A stretch of DNA of 64,000 nt. Source: Auanema rhodensis. Taxonomy: Eukaryota; Animalia; Nematoda. The notes beneath the pieces are model-generated. The model made no database searches and had not been told where the DNA came from. It saw nothing but the letters and a program-made list of their open reading frames with translations. The DNA lies in contig OZ059895.1 in NCBI GenBank assembly GCA_964057225.1, positions 620,001-684,000 on the forward strand. The letters are read 5' to 3'. The translations under genes and the position numbers were made by a program. Of the stretch, positions 28,432 to 41,900 are shown piece after piece (position 1 is the first letter of the stretch; every line of letters begins with the position of its first letter).

Positions 28432-31400
28432 TCAAGGCAAAGACGATGGACAATGTTATTCAACGAAAAAATTAATTCTTCAGGGTGAAAATCGAGGATA
28501 TAAGTGTGAACTTATATCAGTTGATATCTCGGTGCATTTTTAAGCTAGCGCAAATCTGATAACACAGATCGACGCAGCTTAAAAATCCGCATCGAGTGCA
28601 CTATACTACATTGAAAAACGCTTAATACAAAAATTAGTTATGATCGTTTGAAAAATGATGCATTAGTGTATGTTGAGTTTCCATGTACACTCAACATTGC
28701 TTCCAAAAACATTTTGACAAAAATTTTTTCGAAACATTTCAAAATAATTTAGCAAAAAGTAGATGTTTTTAGATTCCTTTTTTCAAGGCAAAGACGATGG
28801 ACAATGTTATTCAACGAAAAAATTAATTCTTCAGGGTGAAAATCGAGGATATAAGTGTGAACTTATATCAGTTGATATCTCGGTGCATTTTTAAGCTAGC
28901 GCAAATCTGATAACACAAATCGACGCAGCTTAAAAATCCGCATCGAATGCACTATACTACATTGAGAAACGCTTAATACAAAAATTAGTTATGATCGTTT
29001 GAAAAATGATGCATTAGTGTATGTTGAGTTTCCATGTACACTCAACATTGCTTCCAAAAACATTTTGACAAAAATTTTTTCGAAAAATTTCAAAATAATT
29101 TAGCAAAAAGTAGATGTTTTTAGATTTCAGTTTTCAAGGCAAAGACGATAGACAATGTTATTCAACGAAAAAATTAATTCTTCAGGGTGAAAATCGAGGA
29201 TATAAGTGTGAACTTATATCAGTTGATATCTCGGTGCATTTTTAAGCTAGCGCAAATCTGATAACACAGATCGACGCAGCTTAAAAATCCGCATCGAATG
29301 CACTATACTACATTGAGAAACGCTTAATACAAAAATTAGTTATGATCGTTTGAAAAATGATGCATTAGTGTATGTTGAGTTTCCATGTACACTCAACATT
29401 GCTTCCAAAAACATTTTGACAAAAATTTTTTCGAAACATTTCAAAATAATTTAGCAAAAAGTAGATGTTTTTAGATTCCTTTTTTCAAGGCAAAGACGAT
29501 GGACAATGTTATTCAACGAAAAAATTAATTCTTCAGGGTGAAAATCGAGGATATAAGTGTGAACTTATATCAGTTGATATCTCGGTGCATTTTTAAGCTA
29601 GCGCAAATCTGATAACACAAATCGACGCAGCTTAAAAATCCGCATCGAATGCACTATACTACATTGAGAAACGCTTAATACAAAAATTAGTTATGATCGT
29701 TTGAAAAATGATGCATTAGTGTATGTTGAGTTTCCATGTACACTCAACATTGCTTCCAAAAACATTTTGACAAAAATTTTTTCGAAAAATTTCAAAATAA
29801 TTTAGCAAAAAGTAGATGTTTTTAGATTTCAGTTTTCAAGGCAAAGACGATAGACAATGTTATTCAACGAAAAAATTAATTCTTCAGGGTGAAAATCGAG
29901 GATATAAGTGTGAACTTATATCAGTTGATATCTCGGTGCATTTTTAAGCTAGCGCAAATCTGATAACACAGATCGACGCAGCTTAAAAATCCGCATCGAA
30001 TGCACTATACTACATTGAGAAACGCTTAATACAAAAATTTGTTATGATCGTTTGAAAAATGATGCATTAGTGTATGTTGAGTTTCCATGTACACTCAACA
30101 TTGCTTCCAAAAACATTTTGACAAAAATTTTTTCGAAACATTTCAAAATAATTTAGCAAAAAGTAGATGTTTTTAGATTCCTTTTTTTAAGGCAAAGACG
30201 ATGGACAATGTTATTCAACGAAAAAATTAATTCTTCAGGGTGAAAATCGAGGGTATAAGTGTGAACTTATATCAGTTGATATCTCGGTGCATTTTTAAGC
30301 TAGCGCAAATCTGATAACACAGATCGACGCAGCTTAAAAATCCGCATCGAATGCACTATACTACATTGAGAAACGCTTAATACAAAAATTTGTTATGATC
30401 GTTTGAAAAATGATGCATTAGTGTATGTTGAGTTTCCATGTACACTCAACATTGCTTCCAAAAACATTTTGACAAAAATTTTTTCGAAACATTTCAAAAT
30501 AATTTAGCAAAAAGTAGATGTTTTTAGATTCCTTTTTTCAAGGCAAAGACGATGGACAATGTTATTCAACGAAAAAATTAATTCTTCAGGGTGAAAATCG
30601 AGGGTATAAGTGTGAACTTATATCAGTTGATATCTCGGTGCATTTTTAAGCTAGCGCAAATCTGATAACACAAATCGACGCAGCTTAAAAATCCGCATCG
30701 AATGCACTATACTACATTGAGAAACGCTTAATACAAAAATTAGTTATGATCGTTTGAAAAATGATGCATTAGTGTATGTTGAGTTTCCATGTACACTCAA
30801 CATTGCTTCCAAAAACATTTTGACAAAAATTTTTTCGAAAAATTTCAAAATAATTTAGCAAAAAGTAGATGTTTTTAGATTTCATTTTTCAAGGCAAAGA
30901 CGATAGACAATGTTATTCAACGAAAAAATTAATTCTTCAGGGTGAAAATCGAGGATATAAGTGTGAACTTATATCAGTTGATATCTCGGTGCATTTTTAA
31001 GCTAGCGCAAATCTGATAACACAGATCGACGCAGCTTAAAAATCCGCATCGAATGCACTATACTACATTGAGAAACGCTTAATACAAAAATTTGTTATGA
31101 TCGTTTGAAAAATGATGCATTAGTGTATGTTGAGTTTCCATGTACACTCAACATTGCTTCCAAAAACATTTTGACAAAAATTTTTTCGAAACATTTCAAA
31201 ATAATTTAGCAAAAAGTAGATGTTTTTAGATTCCTTTTTTCAAGGCAAAGACGATGGACAATGTTATTCAACGAAAAAATTAATTCTTCAGGGTGAAAAT
31301 CGAGGATATAAGTGTGAACTTATATCAGTTGATATCTCGGTGCATTTTTAAGCTAGCGCAAATCTGATAACACAGATCGACGCAGCTTAAAAATCCGCAT

Positions 31401-31941
31401 CGAATGCACTATACTACATTGAGAAACGCTTAATACAAAAATTAGTTATGATCGTTTGAAAAATGATGCATTAGTGTATGTTGAGTTTCCATGTACACTC
31501 AACATTGCTTCCAAAAACATTTTGACAAAAAGTTTTTCGAAAAATTTCAAAATAATTTAGCAAAAAGTAGATGTTTTTAGATTTCTTTTTTCAAGGCAAA
31601 GACGATGGACAATGTTATTCAACGAAAAAATTAATTCTTCAGGGTGAAAATCGAGGATATAAGTGTGAACTTATATCAGTTGATATCTCGGTGCATTTTT
31701 AAGCTAGCGCAAATCTGATAACACAGATCGACGCAGCTTAAAAATCCGCATCGAGTGCACTATACTACATTGAAAAACGCTTAATACAAAAATTAGTTAT
31801 GATCGTTTGAAAAATGATGCATTAGTGTATGTTGAGTTTCCATGTACACTCAACATTGCTTCCAAAAACATTTTGACAAAAATTTTTTCGAAAAATTTCA
31901 AAATAATTTAGCAAAAAGTAGATGTTTTTAGATTCCATTTC

Positions 31942-34900
31942 TCAAAGCAAAGACGATGGACAATGTTATTCAACGAAAAAATTAATTCTTCAGGGTGAAA
32001 ATCGAGGATATAAGTGTGAACTTATATCAGTTGATATCTCGGTGCATTTTTAAGTTAGCGCAAATCTGATAACACAGATCGACGCAGCTTAAAAATCCGC
32101 ATCGAATGCACTATACTACATTGAGAAACGCTTAATACAAAAATTAGTTATGATCGTTTGAAAAATGATGCATTAGTGTATGTTGAGTTTCCATGTACAC
32201 TCAACATTGCTTCCAAAAACATTTTGACAAAAATTTTTTCGAAACATTTCAAAATAATTTAGCAAAAAGTAGATGGTTTTAGATTCCTTTTTTTGAGGCA
32301 AAGACGATGGACAATGTTATTCAACGAAAAAATTAATTCTTCAGGGTGAAAATCGAGGATATAAGTGTGAACTTATATCAGTTGATATCTCGGTGCATTT
32401 TTAAGCTAGCGCAAATCTGATAACACAAATCGACGCAGCTTAAAAATCCGCATCGAATGCACTATACTACATTGAGAAACGCTTAATACAAAAATTAGTT
32501 ATGATCGTTTGAAAAATGATGCATTAGTGTATGTTGAGTTTCCTTGTACACTCAACATTGCTTCCAAAAACATTTTGACAAAAATTTTTTCGAAACATTT
32601 CAAAATAATTTAGCAAAAAGTAGATGTTTTTAGATTCCTTTTTTTGAGGCAAAGACGATGGACAATGTTATTCAACGAAAAAATTAATTCTTCAGGGTGA
32701 AAATTGAGGATATAAGTGTGAACTTATATCAGTTGATATCTCGGTGCATTTTTAAGCTAGCGCAAATCTGATAACACAAATCGACGCAGCTTAAAAATCC
32801 GCATCGAATGCACTATACTACATTGAGAAACGCTTAATACAAATATTAGTTATGATCGTTTCAAAAATGATGCATTAGTGTATGTTGAGTTTCCATGTAC
32901 ACTCAACATTGCTTCCAAAAACATTTTGACAAAAATTTTTTCGAAACATTTCAAAATAATTTAGCAAAAAGTAGATGGTTTTAGATTCCTTTTTTTGAGG
33001 CAAAGACGATGGACAATGTTATTCAACGAAAAAATTAATTCTTCAGGGTGAAAATTGAGGATATAAGTGTGAACTTATATCAGTTGATATCTCGGTGCAT
33101 TTTTAAGCTAGCGCAAATCTGATAACACAAATCGACGCAGCTTAAAAATCCGCATCGAATGCACTATACTACATTGAGAAACACTTAATACAGAAATTAG
33201 TTATGATCGTTTGAAAAATGATGCATTAGTGTATGTTGAGTTTCCATGTACACTCAATATTGCTTCCAAAAACATTTTGACAAAAATTTTTTCGAAAAAT
33301 TTCAAAATAATTTAGCAAAAAGTAGATGGTTTTAGATTCCTTTTTTTGAGGCAAAGACGATGGACAATGTTATTCAACGAAAAAATTAATTCTTCAGGGT
33401 GAAAATTGAGGATATAAGTGTGAACTTATATCAGTTGATATCTCGGTGCATTTTTAAGCTAGCGCAAATCTGATAACACAGATCGACGCAGCTTAAAAAT
33501 CCGCATCGAATGCACTATACTACACTGAGAAACGCTTAATACAAAAATTAGTTATGATCGTTTGAAAAATGATGCATTAGTGTATGTTGAGTTTCCATGT
33601 ACACTCAACATTGCTTCCAAAAACATTTTGACAAAAATTTTTTCGAAAAATTTCAAAATAATTTAGCAAAAAGTACATGTTTTTAGATTCCATTTTTCAA
33701 GGCAAAGACGATAGACAATGTTATTCAATGAAAAAATTAATTCTTCAGGGTGAAAATCGAGGATATAAGTGTGAACTTATATCAGTTGATATCTCGGTGC
33801 ATTTTTAAGCTAGCGCAAATCTGATAACACAGATCGACGCAGCTTAAAAATCCGCATCGAATGCACTATACTACATTGAAAAACGCTTAATACAAAAATT
33901 AGTTATGATCGTTCGAAAAATGATGCATTAGTGTATGTTGAGTTTCCATGTAAACTAAACATTGCTTCCAAAAACATTTTGACAAAAATTTTTTCGAAAC
34001 ATTTCAAAATAATTTAGCAAAAAGTAGATGTTTTTAGATTCCTTTTTTTGAGGCAAAGACGATGGACAATGTTATTCAACGAAAAAATTAATTCTTCAGG
34101 GTGAAAATCGAGGATATAAGTGTGAACTTATATCAGTTGATATCTCGGTGCATTTTTAAGCTAGCGCAAATCTGATAACACAAATCGACGCAGCTTAAAA
34201 ATCCGCATCGAATGCACTATACTACATTGAGAAACGCTTAATACAAAAATTAGTTATGATCGTTTGAAAAATGATGCATTAGTGTATGTTGAGTTTCCAT
34301 GTACACTCAACATTGCTTCCAAAAACATTTTGACAAAAATTTTTTCGAAACATTTCAAAATAATTTAGCAAAAAGTAGATGTTTTTAGATTCCTTTTTTT
34401 GAGGCAAAGACGATGGACAATGTTATTCAACGAAAAAATTAATTCTTCAGGGTGAAAATTGAGGATATAAGTGTGAACTTATATCAGTTGATATCTCGGT
34501 GCATTTTTAAGCTAGCGCAAATCTGATAACACAAATCGACGCAGCTTAAAAATCCGCATCGAATGCACTATACTACATTGAGAAACGCTTAATACAAATA
34601 TTAGTTATGATCGTTTCAAAAATGATGCATTAGTGTATGTTGAGTTTCCATGTACACTCAACATTGCTTCCAAAAACATTTTGACAAAAATTTTTTCGAA
34701 ACATTTCAAAATAATTTAGCGAAAAGTAGATGGTTTTAGATTCCTTTTTTTGAGGCAAAGACGATGGACAATGTTATTCAACGAAAAAATTAATTCTTCA
34801 GGGTGAAAATTGAGGATATAAGTGTGAACTTATATCAGTTGATATCTCGGTGCATTTTTAAGCTAGCGCAAATCTGATAACACAAATCGACGCAGCTTAA

Positions 34901-37900
34901 AAATCCGCATCGAATGCACTATACTACATTGAGAAACACTTAATACAAAAATTAGTTATGATCGTTTGAAAAATGATGCATTAGTGTATGTTGAGTTTCC
35001 ATGTACACTCAATATTGCTTCCAAAAACATTTTGACAAAAATTTTTTCGAAAAATTTCAAAATAATTTAGCAAAAAGTAGATGTTTTTAGATTCCTTTTT
35101 TCAAGGCAAAGACGATGGACAATGTTATTCAACGAAAAAATTATTTCTTCAGGGTGAAAATCGAGGATATAAGTGTGAACTTATATCAGTTGATATCTCG
35201 GTGCATTTTTAAGCTAGCGCAAATCTGATAACACAGATCGACGCAGCTTAAAAATCCGCATCGAATGCACTATGCTACATTGAGAAACGCTTAATACAAA
35301 AATTAGTTATGATCGTTTGAAAAATGATGCATTAGTGTATGTTGAGTTTCCATGTACACTCAACATTGCTTCCAAAAACATTTTGACAAAAATTTTTTCG
35401 AAAGATTTCAAAATAATGTAGCAAAAAGTAGATGTTTTTAGATTCCTTATTTCAAGGCAAAAACGATAGACAATGTTATTCAACGAAAAAATTAATTCTT
35501 CAGTGTGAAAATCGAGGATATAAGTGTGAACTTATATCAGTTGATATCTCGGTGCATTTTTAAGCTAGCGCAAATCTGATAACACAGATGGACGCAGCTT
35601 AAAAATCCGCATCGAATGCACTATACTACATTGAGAAACGCTGGATACAAAAATTAGTTATGATCGTTTGAAAAATGATGCATTAGTGTATGTTGAGTTT
35701 CCATGTACACTCAACATTGCTTCCAAAAACATTTTGACAAAAATTTTTTCGAAAAATTTCAAAATAATGTAGCAAAAAGTAGATGTTTTTAGATTCCTTT
35801 TTTCAAGGCGAAGACGATGGACAAAGTTATTCAACGAAAAAATTGATTCTTCAGGGTGAAAATCGAGGATATAAGTGTGAACTTATATCAGTTGATATCT
35901 CGGTGCATTTTTAAGTTAGCGCAAATCTGATAACACAGATCGACGCAGCTTACAAATCCGCATCGAATGCACTATACTACATTGAAAAACGCTTGATACA
36001 AAAATTAGTTATGATCGTTTGAAAAATGATGCATTAGTGTATGTTGAGTTTCCATGTACACTCAACATTGCTTCCAAAAACATTTTGACAAAAATTTTTT
36101 CGAAAAATTTCAAAATAATGTAGCAAAAAGTAGATGTTTTTAGATTCCATTTTTCAAGGCAAAGACGATGGACAATGTTATTCAACGAAAAAATTAATTC
36201 TTCAGTGTGAAAATCGAGGATATAAGTGTGAACTTATATCAGTTGATATCTCGGTGCATTTTTAAGCTAGCGCAAATCTGATAACACAGATGGACGCAGC
36301 TTAAAAATCCGCATCGAATGCACTATACTACATTGAGAAACGCTTGATACAAAAATTAGTTATGATCGTTTGAAAAATGATGCATTAGTGTATGTTGAGT
36401 TTCCATGTACACTCAACATTGCTTCCAAAAACATTTTGACAAAAATTTTTTCGAAAAATTTCAAAATAATGTAGCAAAAAGTAGATGTTTTTAGATTTCT
36501 TTTTTCAAGGCGAAGACGATGGACAAAGTTATTCAACGAAAAAATTGATTCTTCAGGGTGAAAATCGAGGATATAAGTGTGAACTTATATCAGTTGATAT
36601 CTCGGTGCATTTTTAAGTTAGCGCAAATCTGATAACACAGATCGACGCAGCTTACAAATCCGCATCGAATGCACTATACTACATTGAAAAACGCTTGATA
36701 CAAAAATTAGTTATGATCGTTTGAAAAATGATGCATTAGTGTATGTTGAGTTTCCATGTACACTCAACATTGCTTCCAAAAACATTTTGACAAAAATTTT
36801 TTCGAAAAATTTCAAAATAATTTAGCAAAAAGTAGATGTTTTTAGATTCCATTTTTCAAGGCAAAGACGATGGACAATGTTATTCAACGAAAAAATTAAT
36901 TCTTCAGTGTGAAAATCGAGGATATAAGTGTGAACTTATATCAGTTGATATCTCGGTGCATTTTTAAGCTAGCGCAAATCTGATAACACAGATCGACGCA
37001 GCTTAAAAATCCGCATCGAATGCACTATACTACATTGAGAAACGCTTGATACAAAAATTAGTTATGATCGTTTGAAAAATGATGCATTAGTGTATGTTGA
37101 GTTTCCATGTAGACTCAACATTGCTTCCAAAAACATTTTGACAAAAATTTTTTCGAAAAATTTCAAAATAATTTAGCAAAAAGTAGATGTTTTTAGATTC
37201 CTTTTTTCAAGGCAAAGACGATGGACAATGTTATTCAACGAAAAAATTATTTCTTCAGGGTGAAAATCGAGGATATAAGTGTGAACTTATATCAGTTGAT
37301 ATCTCGGTGCATTTTTAAGCTAGCGCAAATCTGATAACACAGATCGACGCAGCTCAAAAATCCGCATCGAATGCACTATACTACATTGAGAAACGCTTAA
37401 TACAAAAATTAGTTATGATCGTTTGAAAAATGATGCATTAGTGTATGTTGAGTTTCCATGTACACTCAACATTGCTTCCAAAAACATTTTGACAAAAATT
37501 TTTTCGAAAAATTTCAAAACAATTTAGCAAAAAGTAGATGTTTTTAGATTCCATTTTTCAAAGCAAAGACGATGGACAATGTTATTCAACGAAAAAATTA
37601 ATTCTTCAGGGTGAAAATCGAGGATATAAGTGTGAACTTATATCAGTTGATATCTCGGTGCATTTTTAAGCTAGCGCAAATCTGATAACACAAATCGACG
37701 CAGCTTAAAAATCCGCATCGAATGCACTATACTACATTGAGAAACGCTTAATACAAAAATTAGTTATGATCGTTTCAAAAATGATGCATTAGTGTATGTT
37801 GAGTTTCCATGTACACTCAACATTGCTTCCAAAAACATTTTGACAAAAATTTTTTCGAAACATTTCAAAATAATTTAGCAAAAAGTAGATGTTTTTAGAT

Positions 37901-38961
37901 TCCTTTTTTTGAGGCAAAGACGATGGACAATGTTATTCAACGAAAAAATTAATTCTTCAGGGTGAAAATTGAGGATATAAGTGTGAACTTATATCAGTTG
38001 ATATCTCGGTGCATTTTTAAGCTAGCGCAAATCTGATAACACAGATCGACGCAGCTTAAAAATCCGCATCGAATGCACTATACTACACTGAGAAACGCTT
38101 AATACAAAAATTAGTTATGATCGTTTGAAAAATGATGCATTAGTGTATGTTGAGTTTCCATGTACACTCAACATTGCTTCCAAAAACATTTTGACAAAAA
38201 TTTTTTCGAAAAATTTCAAAATAATTTAGCAAAAAGTACATGTTTTTAGATTCCATTTTTCAAGGCAAAGACGATAGACAATGTTATTCAATGAAAAAAT
38301 TAATTCTTCAGGGTGAAAATCGAGGATATAAGTGTGAACTTATATCAGTTGATATCTCGGTGCATTTTTAAGCTAGCGCAAATCTGATAACACAGATCGA
38401 CGCAGCTTAAAAATCCGCATCGAATGCACTATACTACATTGAGAAACGCTAAATACAAAAATTAGTTATGATCGTTTGAAAAATGATGCATTAGTGTATG
38501 TTGAGTTTCCATGTAAACTAAACATTGCTTCCAAAAACATTTTGACAAAAATTTTTTCGAAAAATTTCAAAATAATTTAGCAAAAAGTAGATGTTTTTAG
38601 ATTCCTTTTTTCAAGGCAAAGACGATGGACAATGTTATTCAACGAAAAAATTATTTCTTCAGGGTGAAAATCGAGGATATAAGTGTGAACTTATATCAGT
38701 TGATATCTCGGTGCATTTTTAAGCTAGCGCAAATCTGATAACACAGATCGACGCAGCTTAAAAATCCGCATCGAATGCACTATACTACATTGAGAAACGC
38801 TTAATACAAAAATTAGTTATGATCGTTTGAAATATGATGCATTAGTGTATGTTGAGTTTCCATGTACACTCAACATTGCTTCCAAAAACATTTTGACAAA
38901 AATTTTTTCGAAAAATTTCAAAATAATGTAGCAAAAAGTAGATGTTTTTAGATTCCTTATT
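31942..38961. repeat. Transition or mosaic layer (monomers 92-111) with private variants interleaved with the first subfamily B monomers
   Basis: Private alleles tttGaggc, aaaTTgagg, gatGGtttt, aaacActta, tacaCtgag, gtaCatg and taAactAaac occur at about 32.3-35.1 kb and again at 37.9-38.6 kb. B-type monomers first appear at about 35450. Confidence 0.8.
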
Positions 38962-41900
38962 TCAAGGCAAAAACGATAGACAATGTTATTCAACGAAAAA
39001 ATTAATTCTTCAGTGTGAAAATCGAGGATATAAGTGTGAACTTATATCAGTTGATATCTCGGTGCATTTTTAAGCTAGCGCAAATCTGATAACACAGATG
39101 GACGCAGCTTAAAAATCCGCATCGAATGCACTATACTACATTGAGAAACGCTTGATACAAAAATTAGTTATGATCGTTTGAAAAATGATGCATTAGTGTA
39201 TGTTGAGTTTCCATGTACACTCAACATTGCTTCCAAAAACATTTTGACAAAAATTTTTTCGAAAAATTTCAAAATAATGTAGCAAAAAGTAGATGTTTTT
39301 AGATTCCTTTTTTCAAGGCGAAGACGATGGACAAAGTTATTCAACGAAAAAATTGATTCTTCAGGGTGAAAATCGAGGATATAAGTGTGAACTTATATCA
39401 GTTGATATCTCGGTGCATTTTTAAGTTAGCGCAAATCTGATAACACAGATCGACGCAGCTTACAAATCCGCATCGAATGCACTATACTACATTGAAAAAC
39501 GCTTGATACAAAAATTAGTTATGATCGTTTGAAAAATGATGCATTAGTGTATGTTGAGTTTCCATGTACACTCAACATTGCTTCCAAAAACATTTTGACA
39601 AAAATTTTTTCGAAAAATTTCAAAATAATTTAGCAAAAAGTAGATGTTTTTAGATTCCATTTTTCAAGGCAAAGACGATGGACAATGTTATTCAACGAAA
39701 AAATTAATTCTTCAGTGTGAAAATCGAGGATATAAGTGTGAACTTATATCAGTTGATATCTCGGTGCATTTTTAAGCTAGCGCAAATCTGATAACACAGA
39801 TCGACGCAGCTTAAAAATCCGCATCGAATGCACTATACTACATTGAGAAACGCTAAATACAAAAATTAGTTATGATCGTTTGAAAAATGATGCATTAGTG
39901 TATGTTGAGTTTCCATGTACACTCAACATTGCTTCCAAAAACATTTTGACAAAAATTTTTTCGAAAAATTTCAAAATAATGTAGCAAAAAGTAGATGTTT
40001 TTAGATTCCTTATTTCAAGGCAAAAACGATAGACAATGTTATTCAACGAAAAAATTAATTCTTCAGTGTGAAAATCGAGGATATAAGTGTGAACTTATAT
40101 CAGTTGATATCTCGGTGCATTTTTAAGTTAGCGCAAATCTGATAACACAGATCGACGCAGCTCACAAATCCGCATCGAATGCACTATACTACATTGAGAA
40201 ACGCTTGATACAAAAATTAGTTATGATCGTTTGAAAAATGATGCATTAGTGTATGTTGAGTTTCCATGTACACTCAACATTGCTTCCAAAAACATTTTGA
40301 CAAAAATTTTTTCGAAAAATTTCAAAATAATGTAGCAAAAAGTAGATGTTTTTAGATTCCTTTTTTCAAGGCGAAGACGATGGACAAAGTTATTCAACGA
40401 AAAAATTGATTCTTCAGGGTGAAAATCGAGGATATAAGTGTGAACTTATATCAGTTGATATCTCGGTGCATTTTTAAGTTAGCGCAAATCTGATAACAGA
40501 GATCGACGCAGCTTACAAATCCGCATCGAATGCACTACACTACATTGAGAAACGCTTAATATAAAAATTAGTTATGATCGTTTGAAAAATGATGCATTAG
40601 TGTATGTTGAGTTTCCATGTACACTCAACATTGCTTCCAAAAACATTTTGACAAAAATTTTTTCGAAAAATTTCAAAACAATTTAGCAAAAAGTAGATGT
40701 TTTTAGATTCCATTTTTCAAGGCAAAGACGATGGACAATGTTATTCAACGAAAAAAATAATTCTTCAGGGTGAAAATCGAGGATATAAGTGTGAACTTAT
40801 ATCAGTTGATATCTTGGTGCATTTTTAAGCTAGCGCAAATCTGATAACACAGATCGACGCAGCTTAAAAATCCGCATCGAATGCACTATACTACATTGAA
40901 AAACGCTTGATACAAAAATTAGTTATGATCGTTTGAAAAATGATGCATTAGTGTATGTTGAGTTTCCATGTACACTCAACATTGCTTCCAAAAACATTTT
41001 GACAAAAATTTTTTCGAAAAATTTCAAAATAATGTAGCAAAAAGTAGATGTTTTTAGATTCCTTATTTCAAGGCAAAAACGATAGACAATGTTATTCAAC
41101 GAAAAAATTAATTCTTCAGTGTGAAAATCGAGGATATAAGTGTGAACTTATATCAGTTGATATCTCGGTGCATTTTTAAGCTAGCGCAAATCTGATAACA
41201 CAGATGGACGCAGCTTAAAAATCCGCATCGAATGCACTATACTACATTGAGAAACGCTTGATACAAAAATTAGTTATGATCGTTTGAAAAATGATGCATT
41301 AGTGTATGTTGAGTTTCCATGTACACTCAACATTGCTTCCAAAAACATTTTGACAAAAATTTTTTCGAAAAATTTCAAAATAATGTAGCAAAAAGTAGAT
41401 GTTTTTAGATTCCTTTTTTCAAGGCGAAGACGATGGACAAAGTTATTCAACGAAAAAATTGATTCTTCAGGGTGAAAATCGAGGATATAAGTGTGAACTT
41501 ATATCAGTTGATATCTCGGTGCATTTTTAAGTTAGCGCAAATCTGATAACACAGATCGACGCAGCTTACAAATCCGCATCGAATGCACTATACTACATTG
41601 AAAAACGCTTGATACAAAAATTAGTTATGATCGTTTGAAAAATGATGCATTAGTGTATGTTGAGTTTCCATGTACACTCAACATTGCTTCCAAAAACATT
41701 TTGACAAAAATTTTTTCGAAAAATTTCAAAATAATTTAGCAAAAAGTAGATGTTTTTAGATTCCATTTTTCAAGGCAAAGACGATGGACAATGTTATTCA
41801 ACGAAAAAATTAATTCTTCAGTGTGAAAATCGAGGATATAAGTGTGAACTTATATCAGTTGATATCTCGGTGCATTTTTAAGCTAGCGCAAATCTGATAA

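Larger units (their letters stand above)
1..31941. repeat. Subfamily A domain (monomers 1-91)
   Basis: Typical alleles: tcaaAgc (position 5), gacAatgg with aaaTGatt and aaatAt, cacaAat (136), cgaGtgc (165), aaaGtttt (293), gaaaCattt (304). The subfamily B alleles ggcGaag, taatGtag and cttGata are absent. Confidence 0.85.
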
